Counted from the first letter of the stretch, positions 29,165 through 39,533 are shown. The stretch is DNA of 64,000 nt from an uncultured Acidobacteriota bacterium (GCA_902825875.1 CADECP010000016.1:21519-85518), one strand, 5' to 3'. Program-made: numbers and translations. Notes: a model not told the origin generated them from the sequence alone.

Positions 29165-30090
29165 TGATGCCGTTCGATCAGCTTTTGACGGCTGAGAAAA
29201 ATGACTTTCGGCACGACGAACGCCATCGCTCCCAAACTTTCCACCAAGCCAAACAGGAACAATTTCGCTGCTGCCGCCGGATGAGTCGTCACACAAGCCG
29301 CTGCTTGTTTCCACTTGGACAGCGGCAGAGCAACGACCGACAAACCGATCAAATACAACTTTGGGTGTTTAGTCGGATACTTCGGCCAGCCAAAATATCC
29401 GTAGCGATAGCCAATTCGCAGCACAAATTCCCAGTGCTTCAATTTCTTCCAGACGGTTCGCAGCGTCAGCGGGCGTTGCGGGTGAGTGATTACCGCCGCG
29501 GGCTGCCAAAGAATTTTTCCGTGTTGAATCGCTCGCGCCGCAAGCTCCACATCTTCGTAAGCAGGGAAGGGAAAGGTTTCGTCGAATCCGCCGACTTCGA
29601 TCAGCACTTGTCGGCGATAAGCCATGTTGCAAGTCAGGTAAACGCCGCCGGATTGGTTTTTCGGGCCTTCGCCCAGCGGAGCGAATTCGCTTTCGTTGTT
29701 GGCGAAGACTTTTCCTTCGACGCCGACTGCCGAAGGATCAGCAGCCAAAGCTTCGATCAGATTTCTCAACCAAGCGGTGTCGGGCAAAGTGTCGCTGTCG
29801 GTCATGGCTACGATTTCGGCGTTGGCGTGTCTGATTCCCAAGTTGCGCGCCGCCGCCGGGCCTTTGTTGGGTTGTTTGACGTGCGTGATCTGAAGTTGGC
29901 GTTGTCGGGCAGCGGCGATGATCTCGCTGAAATCTTCGGTGGAGCCGTCGTCGCAGATGATGACCTCGAATTGCGTCAGCGGAAAATCCTGAGCGACAAG
30001 CGCCGTCAGGCAAGCTTGCAATTCGGCAGATCGGTTGTGAACCGGAATGATGACGGAAGCAGCGAAAGCTTCTGATTGTTGTACAGACAT
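29143..30090 (-). CDS. Family 2 glycosyltransferase with C-terminal TM segments
   Basis: 'VIIPVHNRSAELQACLTALVAQDF...VIICDDGSTED' GT2 signature with DxD. The ATG at 30090 (MSVQQSEAF...) is preferred; the track's 41-codon N-terminal extension lies inside a conserved intergenic repeat. Confidence 0.8.
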   Translation of the reverse strand: MSVQQSEAFAASVIIPVHNRSAELQACLTALVAQDFPLTQFEVIICDDGSTEDFSEIIAAARQRQLQITHVKQPNKGPAAARNLGIRHANAEIVAMTDSDTLPDTAWLRNLIEALAADPSAVGVEGKVFANNESEFAPLGEGPKNQSGGVYLTCNMAYRRQVLIEVGGFDETFPFPAYEDVELAARAIQHGKILWQPAAVITHPQRPLTLRTVWKKLKHWEFVLRIGYRYGYFGWPKYPTKHPKLYLIGLSVVALPLSKWKQAAACVTTHPAAAAKLFLFGLVESLGAMAFVVPKVIFLSRQKLIERHHYLGYLG

Positions 30091-30126
30091 ACGAATGTGT
30101 CGTTTATGGAGTGCTGCGGCTTGGCG

Positions 30127-30215
30127 CAGCTTTGCGTTCTTAGCCAATGCTTTCTGTCGCAGAAATTCTTTTCGCCAGAATGCAAAGCGGTGACGAGTCA
30201 CCGCACTCCACAAGC
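30127..30215 (-). repeat. Structured intergenic repeat, family 2, copy B
   Basis: gctttgcgttc...gaatgcaaagc long hairpin plus gcggtgactcgtcaccgc perfect palindrome plus tttgcattct tail (minus strand). Homologous to 6091-6178; lies immediately 3' of the SIS-domain gene. Confidence 0.5.
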
Positions 30216-30220
30216 GAATT

Positions 30221-31246
30221 TCAGACAGTTTTGGTGACTTTCGACAATGAACGTGGTTGGTCGGGACTCAAGCCTTTGGCTTCGGCCAGCAACGCGGCGA
30301 ATAATTGCGCCGGGATGACGTAGGGAATCGGTGACAGCAATTCATCCACGCGCGGCATTTTGATTCCACGCGAAGCCGCTTTCAACGTCGAAGCGTCGCC
30401 GGAAATTGCCAGCGTTTCGGCTCCGATGCCGTGAAGTTTCGTCAGCAATTCTTTCATGCCTTTCAGCGTAGGCCCCGGCGGGGCAAAGACAAAAACCGGA
30501 AAGCCCGAATCCACCATCGCAATCGGGCCGTGCAAGAAATCTGCGCCGGAAAATCGTTCGGCCACGACGTAACAGGTTTCCATCAGCTTGATCGCAAATT
30601 CGTAAGCGTTGGCGTAATTCAAACCGCGTCCGACAACGACGCACTGTTCCATAAACGCATAACGTTCGACCATTGCGGCCACATCGGGTTTCAGCTTCAA
30701 GGCTTCGGCGGCGAATTCGGGCAAGCGTTCGAGTTCTTCTTTGCCGCCGCTGAGCGCGCGCGCCAGCAAATGAAAAATCAGCAACTGCCCCGTATAAGTT
30801 TTGGTCGCCGCCACACTGCGTTCGCGTCCGGCGTGAATCAGAAAAGCTTCGTCGCACAGCTTGGCCATCGAAGATTCGGCTTCATTGGTGATGGCCAGCG
30901 TCGTTGCTCCGCAGCGTTTGGCGTTTTCCAGCGTCAAGTTGATGTCCACGCCTTCGCCGGATTGCGACACGCCGACGACCAGCGATTCGCGCAAATCCAG
31001 TTTGGCTTTGTACAGCGTGTGAACTGCCGGAGCCGCCAGCGAAACCGGAATGCCTGTGGTTGTTTCCAACAGATAGCGGCCAAACAGCGCCGCGTTGTCA
31101 GAACTGCCGCGCGCGACCAACACGATCAAACGCGGACGGTTCGCTCGCAACCTAGCGGCGAAACGTTCGATCTTTTTAGATTCGCGTTTGATGGTTTTTT
31201 CGATGGCGGTGGGTTGTTGTTCGATCTCTGAAAGCATCAGGGACAT
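30221..31246 (-). CDS. SIS-domain sugar-phosphate isomerase/aminotransferase-like protein (AgaS/GlmS-C-terminal type, two SIS domains)
   Basis: 'LIVLVARGSSDNAALFGRYLLE...VVGVSQSGEGVD' phosphosugar-binding SIS motifs repeated twice. Confidence 0.8.
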   Translation of the reverse strand: MSLMLSEIEQQPTAIEKTIKRESKKIERFAARLRANRPRLIVLVARGSSDNAALFGRYLLETTTGIPVSLAAPAVHTLYKAKLDLRESLVVGVSQSGEGVDINLTLENAKRCGATTLAITNEAESSMAKLCDEAFLIHAGRERSVAATKTYTGQLLIFHLLARALSGGKEELERLPEFAAEALKLKPDVAAMVERYAFMEQCVVVGRGLNYANAYEFAIKLMETCYVVAERFSGADFLHGPIAMVDSGFPVFVFAPPGPTLKGMKELLTKLHGIGAETLAISGDASTLKAASRGIKMPRVDELLSPIPYVIPAQLFAALLAEAKGLSPDQPRSLSKVTKTV

Positions 31247-31382
31247 GAGTTGTGAGTGATCCTCCTGTGGAAAGTAGACAGTAGACAGTAGGCAGTAGCT
31301 CTATCGGTAATTCGTGGCGAGAAGATTGATCGTTGCCAGATTTTCGTTGCTGTTCAGCAAAGCATTCAAATTTCACTACTGT

Positions 31383-32951
31383 CTACTGTCTACTTCCAGG
31401 CAAATATCCGTCAAAAAACGTGTGAATGTTCTGCCGAAATTCCGGCTCGGAAGTTTTGCGGGTTGAAAATCGAATTTGTAATCGTTGCAACAGGCTGACG
31501 CGAAACTGCACGCGCGTACCGCTGTTCATCAATACGGCGTGAGTGTTGCGGCGAAATTGTTCATCGAACAAGTCGGTTGCGTGTGTTTGCAGCGCGTCGT
31601 AAACGAATTTTTCCGCGTGTTCGGTTTTGTCGCCAAGCTCCGCCGGATCGGATTTCAATTGTTGCCGTACATATTCCTCAAACTGTTGGCGAACAATCAT
31701 CTCGTACGCCCAATCTTCCAGAATGCGGCTGAACAGCAAATTGATTTGATTGCGTTCGATGCGGTGAACTCGGTCAATGTCGTTGCGGAGCGATTTGATC
31801 GCCGCGAAAAAAATCACCGCGTGCGCCATAACGCGGTTCAGCACAGCCCGGTTGGCAGTTTCGCCGGGAAAGGCCGAAGCGAACGCCGTCAGCTTGCCCA
31901 GCAATTTATGGCCGCGCAGTTCGGCCAGCATCGCTTCTTTCGTTTTGGCGGATTCGGAAACGTCCACGAAGGCGACACGTGCGCCGGAATCAATCGTTTG
32001 TAAAACCGTTATCGCCAAAGCTGTTCGCTGTTCTTCGCTGGTGTTCGGCGTGTGGACAAACAGCAGCACGTCCACTTGCGGAGCGGTTTCAGGCACAGGC
32101 GCGAGCACGGTTCCGGCGAAAAGTTTGATCTTGGCGGCCAGCGATTGATCCAGCGGAATCGAATCGCGGCTCTGTTCCGAACGACGACCTTCAGCGGAAG
32201 AATAAACCGGCAAAAGTTTGGGCGAACGTCCCAACCGCTGCGCTAAAAATCGTGCCAGCAAAGTTGCCGCCGCTGAATTGGTGCTGTCATCAAAAGCGAT
32301 TCGACTGTCGGCTTCGCGTGTGGCGGCTTCGCCGATCAACCGTGCGCGAGCGATTTGCGCTGGTTTGGCGGTCAAATTTTCATCCTGCCCGATCAGCAAA
32401 AAATCCAACTTTCCATCGGCTGTCAGTCCCAGCGCCGATTGGCAAAACTGTTTAGACGTTTCGACAGATGAATCCAGCGAAGTGAATCCGTAAAACGCCG
32501 CTCGCGGATTTTGCGAACGAAGTTGTTTAATCGCCTGAGAAATTCGCGCAGTCGTTTCAGGCGAAGCATCGGCGGAAATCGCTTCCAGCGAAAGAATGAC
32601 GCCGGAAACTCCTGCCAGATTTTGCGCCTTCAGCCATTCGATCAACTTGTCGGGTTGCGGTTTCGGATTCAGCAAATGCGAAGGTGGAAGCAGCAAATAG
32701 TGATCTGCAATTTGTGCCAGCGTTCGTAGCTCCAAAAAGCGATCATCGCGTGGAATCAGCAGGACTTTGCCCGCCAGATCGTTGCGGGATACCAATTGAA
32801 GTTGAGGACGCTGTTTTTTCTGCGCGAAGGCTGTGGCCGCGAGAGTGAAAATAAGAAACGCGACAGAGAGACAGAGGGAAGGAGAGATTGAGGGACAGAG
32901 TGAAGCGGCTCCATTGAAACGACGGCTTACCTCTGTTGTTGGATCATTCAT
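31383..32951 (-). CDS. Hypothetical exported protein (N-terminal signal anchor), function unknown
   Basis: Long ORF with a hydrophobic N-terminus and consistent codon usage; no motif I can assign confidently. Confidence 0.4.
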   Translation of the reverse strand: MNDPTTEVSRRFNGAASLCPSISPSLCLSVAFLIFTLAATAFAQKKQRPQLQLVSRNDLAGKVLLIPRDDRFLELRTLAQIADHYLLLPPSHLLNPKPQPDKLIEWLKAQNLAGVSGVILSLEAISADASPETTARISQAIKQLRSQNPRAAFYGFTSLDSSVETSKQFCQSALGLTADGKLDFLLIGQDENLTAKPAQIARARLIGEAATREADSRIAFDDSTNSAAATLLARFLAQRLGRSPKLLPVYSSAEGRRSEQSRDSIPLDQSLAAKIKLFAGTVLAPVPETAPQVDVLLFVHTPNTSEEQRTALAITVLQTIDSGARVAFVDVSESAKTKEAMLAELRGHKLLGKLTAFASAFPGETANRAVLNRVMAHAVIFFAAIKSLRNDIDRVHRIERNQINLLFSRILEDWAYEMIVRQQFEEYVRQQLKSDPAELGDKTEHAEKFVYDALQTHATDLFDEQFRRNTHAVLMNSGTRVQFRVSLLQRLQIRFSTRKTSEPEFRQNIHTFFDGYLPGSRQ

Positions 32952-33015
32952 TCGTCACAATCTCCATCAGTCACAAATCGCCTCGCCCCTATTTCCCTCT
33001 GTCGCTCGTTCTCGC

Positions 33016-33921
33016 TTATGGTCGCGGACGGGTTTTGCGCGCAGGCGTGCTGGGAGCAGCAGGCAATCCGCTTTTAATGCGCTGGAAGTCGTTGGAATTG
33101 CTGGTTCCGCGACGATCCGTGCCTTGCAGATAAGCGCCAATTTCCGTTTTTGTATTGGCTTCGCGTTCGCGTGGGTCTGGGTGGCTGGCCAGAACAGAAC
33201 CAAGCGAACCGCCGCCACCTTTGGACACTTGTTGCAGCATCTGGAACATTTCGATCATGCCGCCGGTGTTGTAGTTGGCGTTTTTCAAATTGTAGAGTCC
33301 CAGGAAATCGGCTTCGCGTTCGGCTTCGCGGCTGTGTTTCATCAAAAAGCCGCCCGCCACCAAACTGCCCAGCGCCATTCCGGCTTCCGCGCCTTGCTGG
33401 CCGCCAAGAATTGCTCCCAGAATCGTTGCGCCGATCACCGCGCCTTGAGTTTTCATGCTGCCGGCGCGTTTGACGTTTTCCAATCCGTGACGACCGACGA
33501 TGTGTCCGATTTCGTGGCCGACGACACTGGCCAATTGCGCTTCGCTGTTGGTTGCGGCAATCAACCCGGTGTGGACGTACACGCGCCCGCCCAGCGTGGC
33601 AAAAGCGTTGATGGTTTTGTCATTCACAACATAAAACCGCCAGGGAATGTTGCGACGCTCCGAACGGCTGGCGAGATTTTGGCCTAACCTATTGATGTAA
33701 TCGTTGACGGGGCTGTTTTCCACCAGACGAATCTGTTTCAGCAATTCCTGATGAACCTGTTCGCCCATCTTCATTTCGTCCTGTTCGGACATGTAACCTT
33801 TGTTCGAGTATTCCTTGTTGCGGAATTTGTCATACGGATTCTGCGCCGCCAACACGCTGACAAAAAGCGTGCTAACGATGACCAAAGTCAGCATTCGGTG
33901 CCAGTTGGCAAAAAGTTTCAT
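33016..33921 (-). CDS. M48-family zinc metallopeptidase (BepA/YcaL-like), exported
   Basis: Signal peptide; HExxH 'VVGHEIGHIVGRH' plus downstream Glu in the M48 arrangement. Confidence 0.8.
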   Translation of the reverse strand: MKLFANWHRMLTLVIVSTLFVSVLAAQNPYDKFRNKEYSNKGYMSEQDEMKMGEQVHQELLKQIRLVENSPVNDYINRLGQNLASRSERRNIPWRFYVVNDKTINAFATLGGRVYVHTGLIAATNSEAQLASVVGHEIGHIVGRHGLENVKRAGSMKTQGAVIGATILGAILGGQQGAEAGMALGSLVAGGFLMKHSREAEREADFLGLYNLKNANYNTGGMIEMFQMLQQVSKGGGGSLGSVLASHPDPREREANTKTEIGAYLQGTDRRGTSNSNDFQRIKSGLPAAPSTPARKTRPRP

Positions 33922-34018
33922 GGTTATTTTCTCCCTGAAAGAGGTGGGTAATTTTTTAATTGCCCCACAATTCGGACAAGGGGGACAATTTGGAAAATTG
34001 TCCCACGCTTCCTTGGGT

Positions 34019-34507
34019 TTATTCCATTAGCAAATCAATTGCATGCGGCAACGTGCGAGCAATCGCCGCCAGATTTTCTCTTGCGCCGCGCACGCTGCCG
34101 GGCAGGTTGACGATCAGCGCCCGGCGGCGAATTCCGCATACCGCGCGCGACAAAGCAGCAAGGGGAGTGATTTTCAAACTTTCGGAGCGCATCAATTCAG
34201 CCAATCCCGGAGCTTCGCGTTCGATTACATCGCGCGTGGCTTCCGGCGTCACGTCGCGCGGAGAAAAACCTGTTCCTCCCGTCGTGACGATCAAATTTGC
34301 TTCGCCCGTGTCGGCAAAATGCCGCAATCGTTCGGCGATCAATTCCCGTTCGTCCGGCAAAATTTCGGTGGCGACAATTTCTGCTTTCAGCGATTGCAAT
34401 TCGGCAACTACTGTCGGGCCGGACAAATCTTCGCGCTCGTGGCGCGAAGCCGAATCGCTGATGGTCAAGACCACTGCTTTGATTGTCGCTTTGTTCATCG
34501 TCGCCAT
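34019..34507 (-). CDS. Molybdopterin biosynthesis MoaB/MogA-family protein
   Basis: 'AVVLTISDS...TGGTGFSPRDVTPEA...GIRRRALIVNLPGS' MogA/MoaB signatures. Internal ATG (MATMNK...) preferred; the upstream track extension has no homology. Confidence 0.7.
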   Translation of the reverse strand: MATMNKATIKAVVLTISDSASRHEREDLSGPTVVAELQSLKAEIVATEILPDERELIAERLRHFADTGEANLIVTTGGTGFSPRDVTPEATRDVIEREAPGLAELMRSESLKITPLAALSRAVCGIRRRALIVNLPGSVRGARENLAAIARTLPHAIDLLME

Positions 34508-34599
34508 TTCGGGCCATTTGGGGATGGCGGGAGTGTAATTCGTCAGGGCGAGTGTTTCAATCAGCAGGTTGCTCGGCTGAAAGTAGGCGCGAGTTTCGG

Positions 34600-35685
34600 T
34601 TATTTCCCGGCCCGGCTTGTTCGCCACGCTGGGTAATCTTTGGCCAGCAACATCGCGGCTCGATCCGAATACCAACTGTAACCGGTACGGCGTTCGTGTT
34701 CGATTTCGGCCAGGCTGAATTTGATGATGCCGTCGCGCCCGCAAAAGATCGGACGGTTCGTGCCGATTTCATAAAACCTTGCCCACAAAGGAGCCGCGTT
34801 GGCGTCGGCAACGACCACGCGATCTTTTCCGTTCGGTTTGGTGGGATCAAGTTTTTCGACAACCTTGATGCCGGTCAGTTTGGTTTGTTGAAACCACGCG
34901 ATCGCGGATTCGACGGCTTCGACTAATGGCGCGTCGGGCTTTTCGGCCTCCATCAAAAAACGCACCAGCCCCACGCTTTCCGAACCGCTGAGCGAAATTT
35001 TTTCATAAGTGCGCGCGTTGGCCGGTTTCAAAGTGACTTCATCGTGTTGCGCGCACCAGACAGTTCGTTTGCCTGAAACCGTCACCTGAGTTTTCAAGAT
35101 GCACTCAATTCCTTTGGCGACGGCTTGTGCGGCGCGTTGGCGGCGAGCGGCGTCAACAAACGCATAGACGGAATGGCCGCGTGCCATGTCTTGTAACAAA
35201 CTCAACACGTTGACCATCGCGTCGTCGTTGAAGGTGATGTGCGAATAGTAACCCTTGAGCAGCGGATAAAACTGCGGCCAGCCTCCGTTCGGGTATTGCG
35301 CCCGCAGCAAATAATCCAAGCCGTTCAAGAAGCCGGTCTTGAACTGTTCCTGCTTTGTCGCGTTGAACACGCGCGCCAGGAAAATCATCTGTGTCGTGGT
35401 TGCGTTGTTATCAATCGTCGCGTCCGGGTTGTGTTTCTGACTGCTCAACTCTGCTTTTTGAGTCTGGCTGAGCGTGTCGGCCATTTCAGTATTTTTCGGC
35501 CAGCCGCCGACTTCGCGCTGAAACAGCAACAGGTTTTCGGCCACACGAATGGCTTCGGCGCTGCCGTACCATTCAGGTTTTTGCCGCAGACAGTCGCGCC
35601 ATCTTACCGTTGTTTGCCGGCCATCAATCGGCGCGGCCAACAAACCAACAATCATCAAAAATAGACAAATTCTGTTTCGATTCAT
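34600..35685 (-). CDS. Pectate lyase, polysaccharide lyase family 10-like (PelA/Pec_lyase fold), exported
   Basis: Signal peptide; 'WYGSAEAIRVAENLLLFQREVGGWPKN' and the overall roughly 330-aa (alpha/alpha)3-barrel PL10 pattern as I recall it; sits in a pectinolytic gene cluster. Confidence 0.65.
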   Translation of the reverse strand: MNRNRICLFLMIVGLLAAPIDGRQTTVRWRDCLRQKPEWYGSAEAIRVAENLLLFQREVGGWPKNTEMADTLSQTQKAELSSQKHNPDATIDNNATTTQMIFLARVFNATKQEQFKTGFLNGLDYLLRAQYPNGGWPQFYPLLKGYYSHITFNDDAMVNVLSLLQDMARGHSVYAFVDAARRQRAAQAVAKGIECILKTQVTVSGKRTVWCAQHDEVTLKPANARTYEKISLSGSESVGLVRFLMEAEKPDAPLVEAVESAIAWFQQTKLTGIKVVEKLDPTKPNGKDRVVVADANAAPLWARFYEIGTNRPIFCGRDGIIKFSLAEIEHERRTGYSWYSDRAAMLLAKDYPAWRTSRAGK

Positions 35686-35704
35686 GGCGATCTTTGTTCG
35701 GCGC

Positions 35705-37723
35705 TTATTGGAACAACGCGGTTAATTCCGGGACAGCTTTGACCAATTCTTTGGCGACCAGCTTGCCGAAGGTAGCGCTGCCTTTGCGGGAAAGATGAGT
35801 TCGGTCGGGCGAGCCATCTTTATTTTTGACATCGAATTCCGCCGCAGTCGTCGCGCCCAACTTGTTCAGCAACTCAATACTCAACGCGCTCAGGTCAATC
35901 AGCGGAGTTTGTTTTTCGGCGGCGACTTCGCGGGCGGCGGCGGCATAAGTTGTCAAAATGTCCGGCGCAATCAGGCCGTCTTTGAAATTTCGCCGAGCCA
36001 GCGAAGTCACCAGAATTGGTTTGGCTCCGGCGGCGCGCGCTTCGTCAACGTACCGGCGCAAAAACTCTTTGTAAGTCGTCTTCGCGTCGGTTTCGCGCTC
36101 GACGCCTTTGCCCGGCTGGTCGTTGTGGCCGAACTGAAGCAGCACATAAGCCGGACGGTCGGCCAGAACTTTTTGCCAATGACCTTCGGCAATGAAGCTG
36201 CGCGAACTGCGTCCGTTGCGCGCCAGATTCAAACACTCCACCTGAGCGCGACACTGTTCGCGGAACCCTGTGCCCCAACCAGAACCTTCGGTGACTGTGG
36301 AATCTCCGACCAGCGCGATGCGGACAGGTTCGACTCCGTTCAGCTTGACGGACTTCAGCGAAATGCCGTGCGCGTATTCGTAGACGCTGGATTTGGCGAC
36401 GGATTCAAAGCTGCAATTTTCCAGGCGAATATCCGTGATCGGAGCTTTTTCAAACCCGCGCAAGTACAGGGCGTAATTGCTTTTCTTGCTGGTCACGTCG
36501 CGGACGCTGACGTTACGCACAGTGGGCATGAAGCTGCCCGCCGCGCCTTCTTCGTAGGTGAAATCCACAGACACAATCGAATCGCTGACCTGTCCGATTT
36601 GCACGTTTCGCATGTGAATGTTTTCCAGCGTGCCTCCGCGAACGGCGTTGGTTTTCAACCGCAGCGCGCGTTCCAGATGCGGGCTGTCCATGCGGCAATT
36701 TTCGGCAAAGACATTGCGGACGCTGCCTGAAATTTCGCTGCCGATGGTTACTCCGCCGTGCCCATCTTTCATTTCGCAGTTTTGAATGATGACGTTTTCC
36801 GTTGGCACATTGACGCGCCGCCCGTCTCCGTTGCGCCCGGATTTGATGGCGATGCAATCGTCGCCGGTGTCGAAATAACAATCTTTGATCAACACGTCTG
36901 TGCAGCTTTCAGGATCGCAACCGTCATTGTTCGGGCCGTGCGAATTGATGCGAACTCCTATGACGGTGACGTTGCGGCACAGCACGGGGTGGATCTCCCA
37001 CATCGGCGAATTGAGGATTGTCACGCCTTCGATCAACACGTTCTGGCAACGATATGGCTGAATGAAGTTCGGGCGCAGGTACGAACCTTCGCCGAATTTG
37101 CGTTCGCTGACGGGAGTGTTCTTTTCGCCCATTTCGATCAACAAATCGCGTGCTTTTTGCTGGCTCGGTTCGCCAGCTTTCCAGCCGCAATTCGTTCGAC
37201 CTTTCCACGGCCACCAGTTCGCACAATCGGCCTGACCGTCGAGCGTGCCTTTGCCTGTGATGGCAATGTTGCGCTGTTCAAAGGCGTAAATGAACGGCGA
37301 ATAGTTCATCAACTCCACGCCTTCCCACCGAGTGAAAACCAGCGGCAAATACTGTTTGGTGTCCTGACTGAATTTGATCGTCGCGCCTTCGCTGACGTGC
37401 AGATTGACGTTGCTGAGCAAATGAATCGCGCCCGTTTGCCAAACGCCCGGCGGAACTAAGACGCGCCCGCCTCCGGCTTTTTTGCAGGCGGCAATGGCTT
37501 TGCGAAAGGCTTCGGTGCAATCGTTGCCCGGCGCAGCGCCGAATTTCGTTATAGCAAAATCGCGTTTGGCGAATGTCGGCGGTTTGATGCGGCGCAAAAT
37601 TTGCGGGACTTGTGCCCAGACGTCTTCCGGCGCGCCAATCGCCAAAGTGGACAACTCTGACAGCGCGGGTAACGCCAGCGTTCCTGCCAAACTCAATTTG
37701 ATAAAGTTTCGTCGGTTTTGCAT
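35705..37723 (-). CDS. Bifunctional GH28 polygalacturonase-like domain plus C-terminal SGNH/GDSL esterase (rhamnogalacturonan acetylesterase-like, CE12); Tat signal
   Basis: 'RRNFIKLSLAGTLALPALS' twin-arginine leader; GH28 parallel beta-helix motifs ('NSHGPNNDGCDPESC...DTGDDCIAIKSG'); C-terminal 'IALVGDSTVTEGSGWG...LLQFGHNDQ' SGNH blocks. Confidence 0.8.
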   Translation of the reverse strand: MQNRRNFIKLSLAGTLALPALSELSTLAIGAPEDVWAQVPQILRRIKPPTFAKRDFAITKFGAAPGNDCTEAFRKAIAACKKAGGGRVLVPPGVWQTGAIHLLSNVNLHVSEGATIKFSQDTKQYLPLVFTRWEGVELMNYSPFIYAFEQRNIAITGKGTLDGQADCANWWPWKGRTNCGWKAGEPSQQKARDLLIEMGEKNTPVSERKFGEGSYLRPNFIQPYRCQNVLIEGVTILNSPMWEIHPVLCRNVTVIGVRINSHGPNNDGCDPESCTDVLIKDCYFDTGDDCIAIKSGRNGDGRRVNVPTENVIIQNCEMKDGHGGVTIGSEISGSVRNVFAENCRMDSPHLERALRLKTNAVRGGTLENIHMRNVQIGQVSDSIVSVDFTYEEGAAGSFMPTVRNVSVRDVTSKKSNYALYLRGFEKAPITDIRLENCSFESVAKSSVYEYAHGISLKSVKLNGVEPVRIALVGDSTVTEGSGWGTGFREQCRAQVECLNLARNGRSSRSFIAEGHWQKVLADRPAYVLLQFGHNDQPGKGVERETDAKTTYKEFLRRYVDEARAAGAKPILVTSLARRNFKDGLIAPDILTTYAAAAREVAAEKQTPLIDLSALSIELLNKLGATTAAEFDVKNKDGSPDRTHLSRKGSATFGKLVAKELVKAVPELTALFQ

Positions 37724-37727
37724 TGCT

Positions 37728-39533
37728 TCAATTCAATCTGGCTTTGAGCCAATCGGCCACTCGTTCTTTGTATTCAGGCATAAAACTTTCCCAGCGTGCC
37801 ATGCCGTGTAATCCGTCAGGAATCGTAATCAAATCGCAACTGACGCCCGCCGCTTTAAGTTTCGATTGAAACAGCGGCGACCAGTTGTAAAGCACGCTCA
37901 TGTCGCCCGTGCCGTGAACCAGCAAAAACGGCGGCAAACCCGGTCGGATGTGATTGATCGGCGAAGCCTCTTTTAATAACTGCAATGTCGCTTCGTCGGC
38001 TTGGGCATCTTTTCGACCGAAATATCCGCGCATCGAAGTGCTCAATCCGCCGCGACGTTCCATATCCAAAATGAAATCTATCGGCGCGTAAAACGGCACA
38101 ACGGCGGCGACTTGAGTGTCTTTGTCGGCTTTGACCACGGCTTGCGCGACGATCTGGCCTCCGGCGGATTCGCCAACCAGCGCGATGCGGTTCGGATCAA
38201 CGTTGAATTCCGCCGCGTGAGCCTTGACCCAGCGAATGGCGGCGTGAACGTCTTCAATCGGCGCGGGATAATTGTGTTTTGGAGCCAGCCGGTAACTGAT
38301 CGTGAACCACGCAATGCCGCGTTTGGCCAACGGAATGAACAACGGATCGTTGCCACCGGTTTTGTCACCGCCAGACCAACCGCCGCCATGCACAAAAATC
38401 ACGGCGGGGAATGGTCCTTTGCCTGTTGGCACGAACGCATCCAGCTTCAGGCTTTCACCTCCCGCTTGCGCGTATTCAATATCAGTTTTGACCCGATCAC
38501 GAAGCGGCTCCAGTTTGTAAGGCGGCAGACGGCCACCACTAAACACAATCACGTCGTCTATCGGTGTATCAGTTGGATCCCATTCCTCGAACACTTTCTG
38601 AAGAGTCAAAGCAGGCGTTTCGGCGTTGCTCAATTGCCGCGCCCATTTGACGCGCGCCGATGGATTTGCGCCTGCGCCAACGCTGCCGACTTCGGAATAC
38701 CGCGCTGTCTTTTCGCGTTCGGGGCCAGTCCAGTTGTGCCAGCCTTCAGGCCGCACGGCGTCGGACATTTCGGTGTTGATGAAAGCCGTTTGCGCGTAAC
38801 CTCGCCACGGACGACCGAGATAAGTTTTGATTCCCGGTTCGCCTGTGATTTTGCAGTTGGCGAAAACGAATCCGTAAGGCTGACTTTCCGGCGTTGACGC
38901 CGCTGTGATGTAGCCGTTGCGCAGCGCGTGAATGTGGCAACGATCAAAAAATGCAGTGGCCGCTCCGAAGATAAAATCCACGTGGCCGGCAATGTAGCAA
39001 TTTTCAAAATACTGCCGCCCGCGATTCAAAAAGATCGTGTCCTGCCAACCTAGAAAGCGACAGTTTTTGAACTTCACGCGGTCGCCGTCCACGCGCAAAG
39101 CCAACGCCTGCCCAACCGGCCCGGCGGAGTTTTCAAAAGTGATGTTTTCGGCGCTGAATCCGTCGCCGTCAATTTGCGCGGTCGGCGTGCGAAACGTGCC
39201 GATGGGTTTGCCGTCAAATCCCATCAGGTTGGCGTGTAGGTTGAAAGTGATGATGGTGGTTTTTGGGTCTTCGCCGATTAAGTGAATGAAGCGACGTTCC
39301 TGCTGAACGTAAATCAGTTCTTTGTAAATGCCGGGTTTAACGTGAATCACCCATGGGCGTATGGCGCTGGGCAAGCCGTTCGGGGCGGCCATAATCGCGT
39401 CCTGAATGGATTTGAACTGGCCGTCGCCATTCGGCGCAACAGTCGCATCCGCAGCTAAACAGCTAGCAGCGCAAAAAACGGCCAGCGCCAACCAGCCTGA
39501 GAGAAAACTCAAAAGGGTATGTTTCTTGAGCAT
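37728..39533 (-). CDS. Pectin methylesterase (CE8) fused to a C-terminal alpha/beta-hydrolase (esterase/lipase) domain
   Basis: CE8 motifs ('QALALRVDGDRVKFKNCRFLGWQDTIF', 'GHVDFIFG'); C-terminal 'AVIFVHGGGWSGGDK...VGESAGGQ' oxyanion and GxSxG motifs; signal peptide. Confidence 0.8.
   Translation of the reverse strand: MLKKHTLLSFLSGWLALAVFCAASCLAADATVAPNGDGQFKSIQDAIMAAPNGLPSAIRPWVIHVKPGIYKELIYVQQERRFIHLIGEDPKTTIITFNLHANLMGFDGKPIGTFRTPTAQIDGDGFSAENITFENSAGPVGQALALRVDGDRVKFKNCRFLGWQDTIFLNRGRQYFENCYIAGHVDFIFGAATAFFDRCHIHALRNGYITAASTPESQPYGFVFANCKITGEPGIKTYLGRPWRGYAQTAFINTEMSDAVRPEGWHNWTGPEREKTARYSEVGSVGAGANPSARVKWARQLSNAETPALTLQKVFEEWDPTDTPIDDVIVFSGGRLPPYKLEPLRDRVKTDIEYAQAGGESLKLDAFVPTGKGPFPAVIFVHGGGWSGGDKTGGNDPLFIPLAKRGIAWFTISYRLAPKHNYPAPIEDVHAAIRWVKAHAAEFNVDPNRIALVGESAGGQIVAQAVVKADKDTQVAAVVPFYAPIDFILDMERRGGLSTSMRGYFGRKDAQADEATLQLLKEASPINHIRPGLPPFLLVHGTGDMSVLYNWSPLFQSKLKAAGVSCDLITIPDGLHGMARWESFMPEYKERVADWLKARLN

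Noticed and set aside
32833-32990. GA-rich 'gagagacagagggaaggagag' tract resembling the 'ccctcaatctct' tract near 57040
   Set aside because: A short shared motif of low complexity. It overlaps the 5' end of the minus-strand hypothetical gene and gives no consistent secondary structure or copy pattern.
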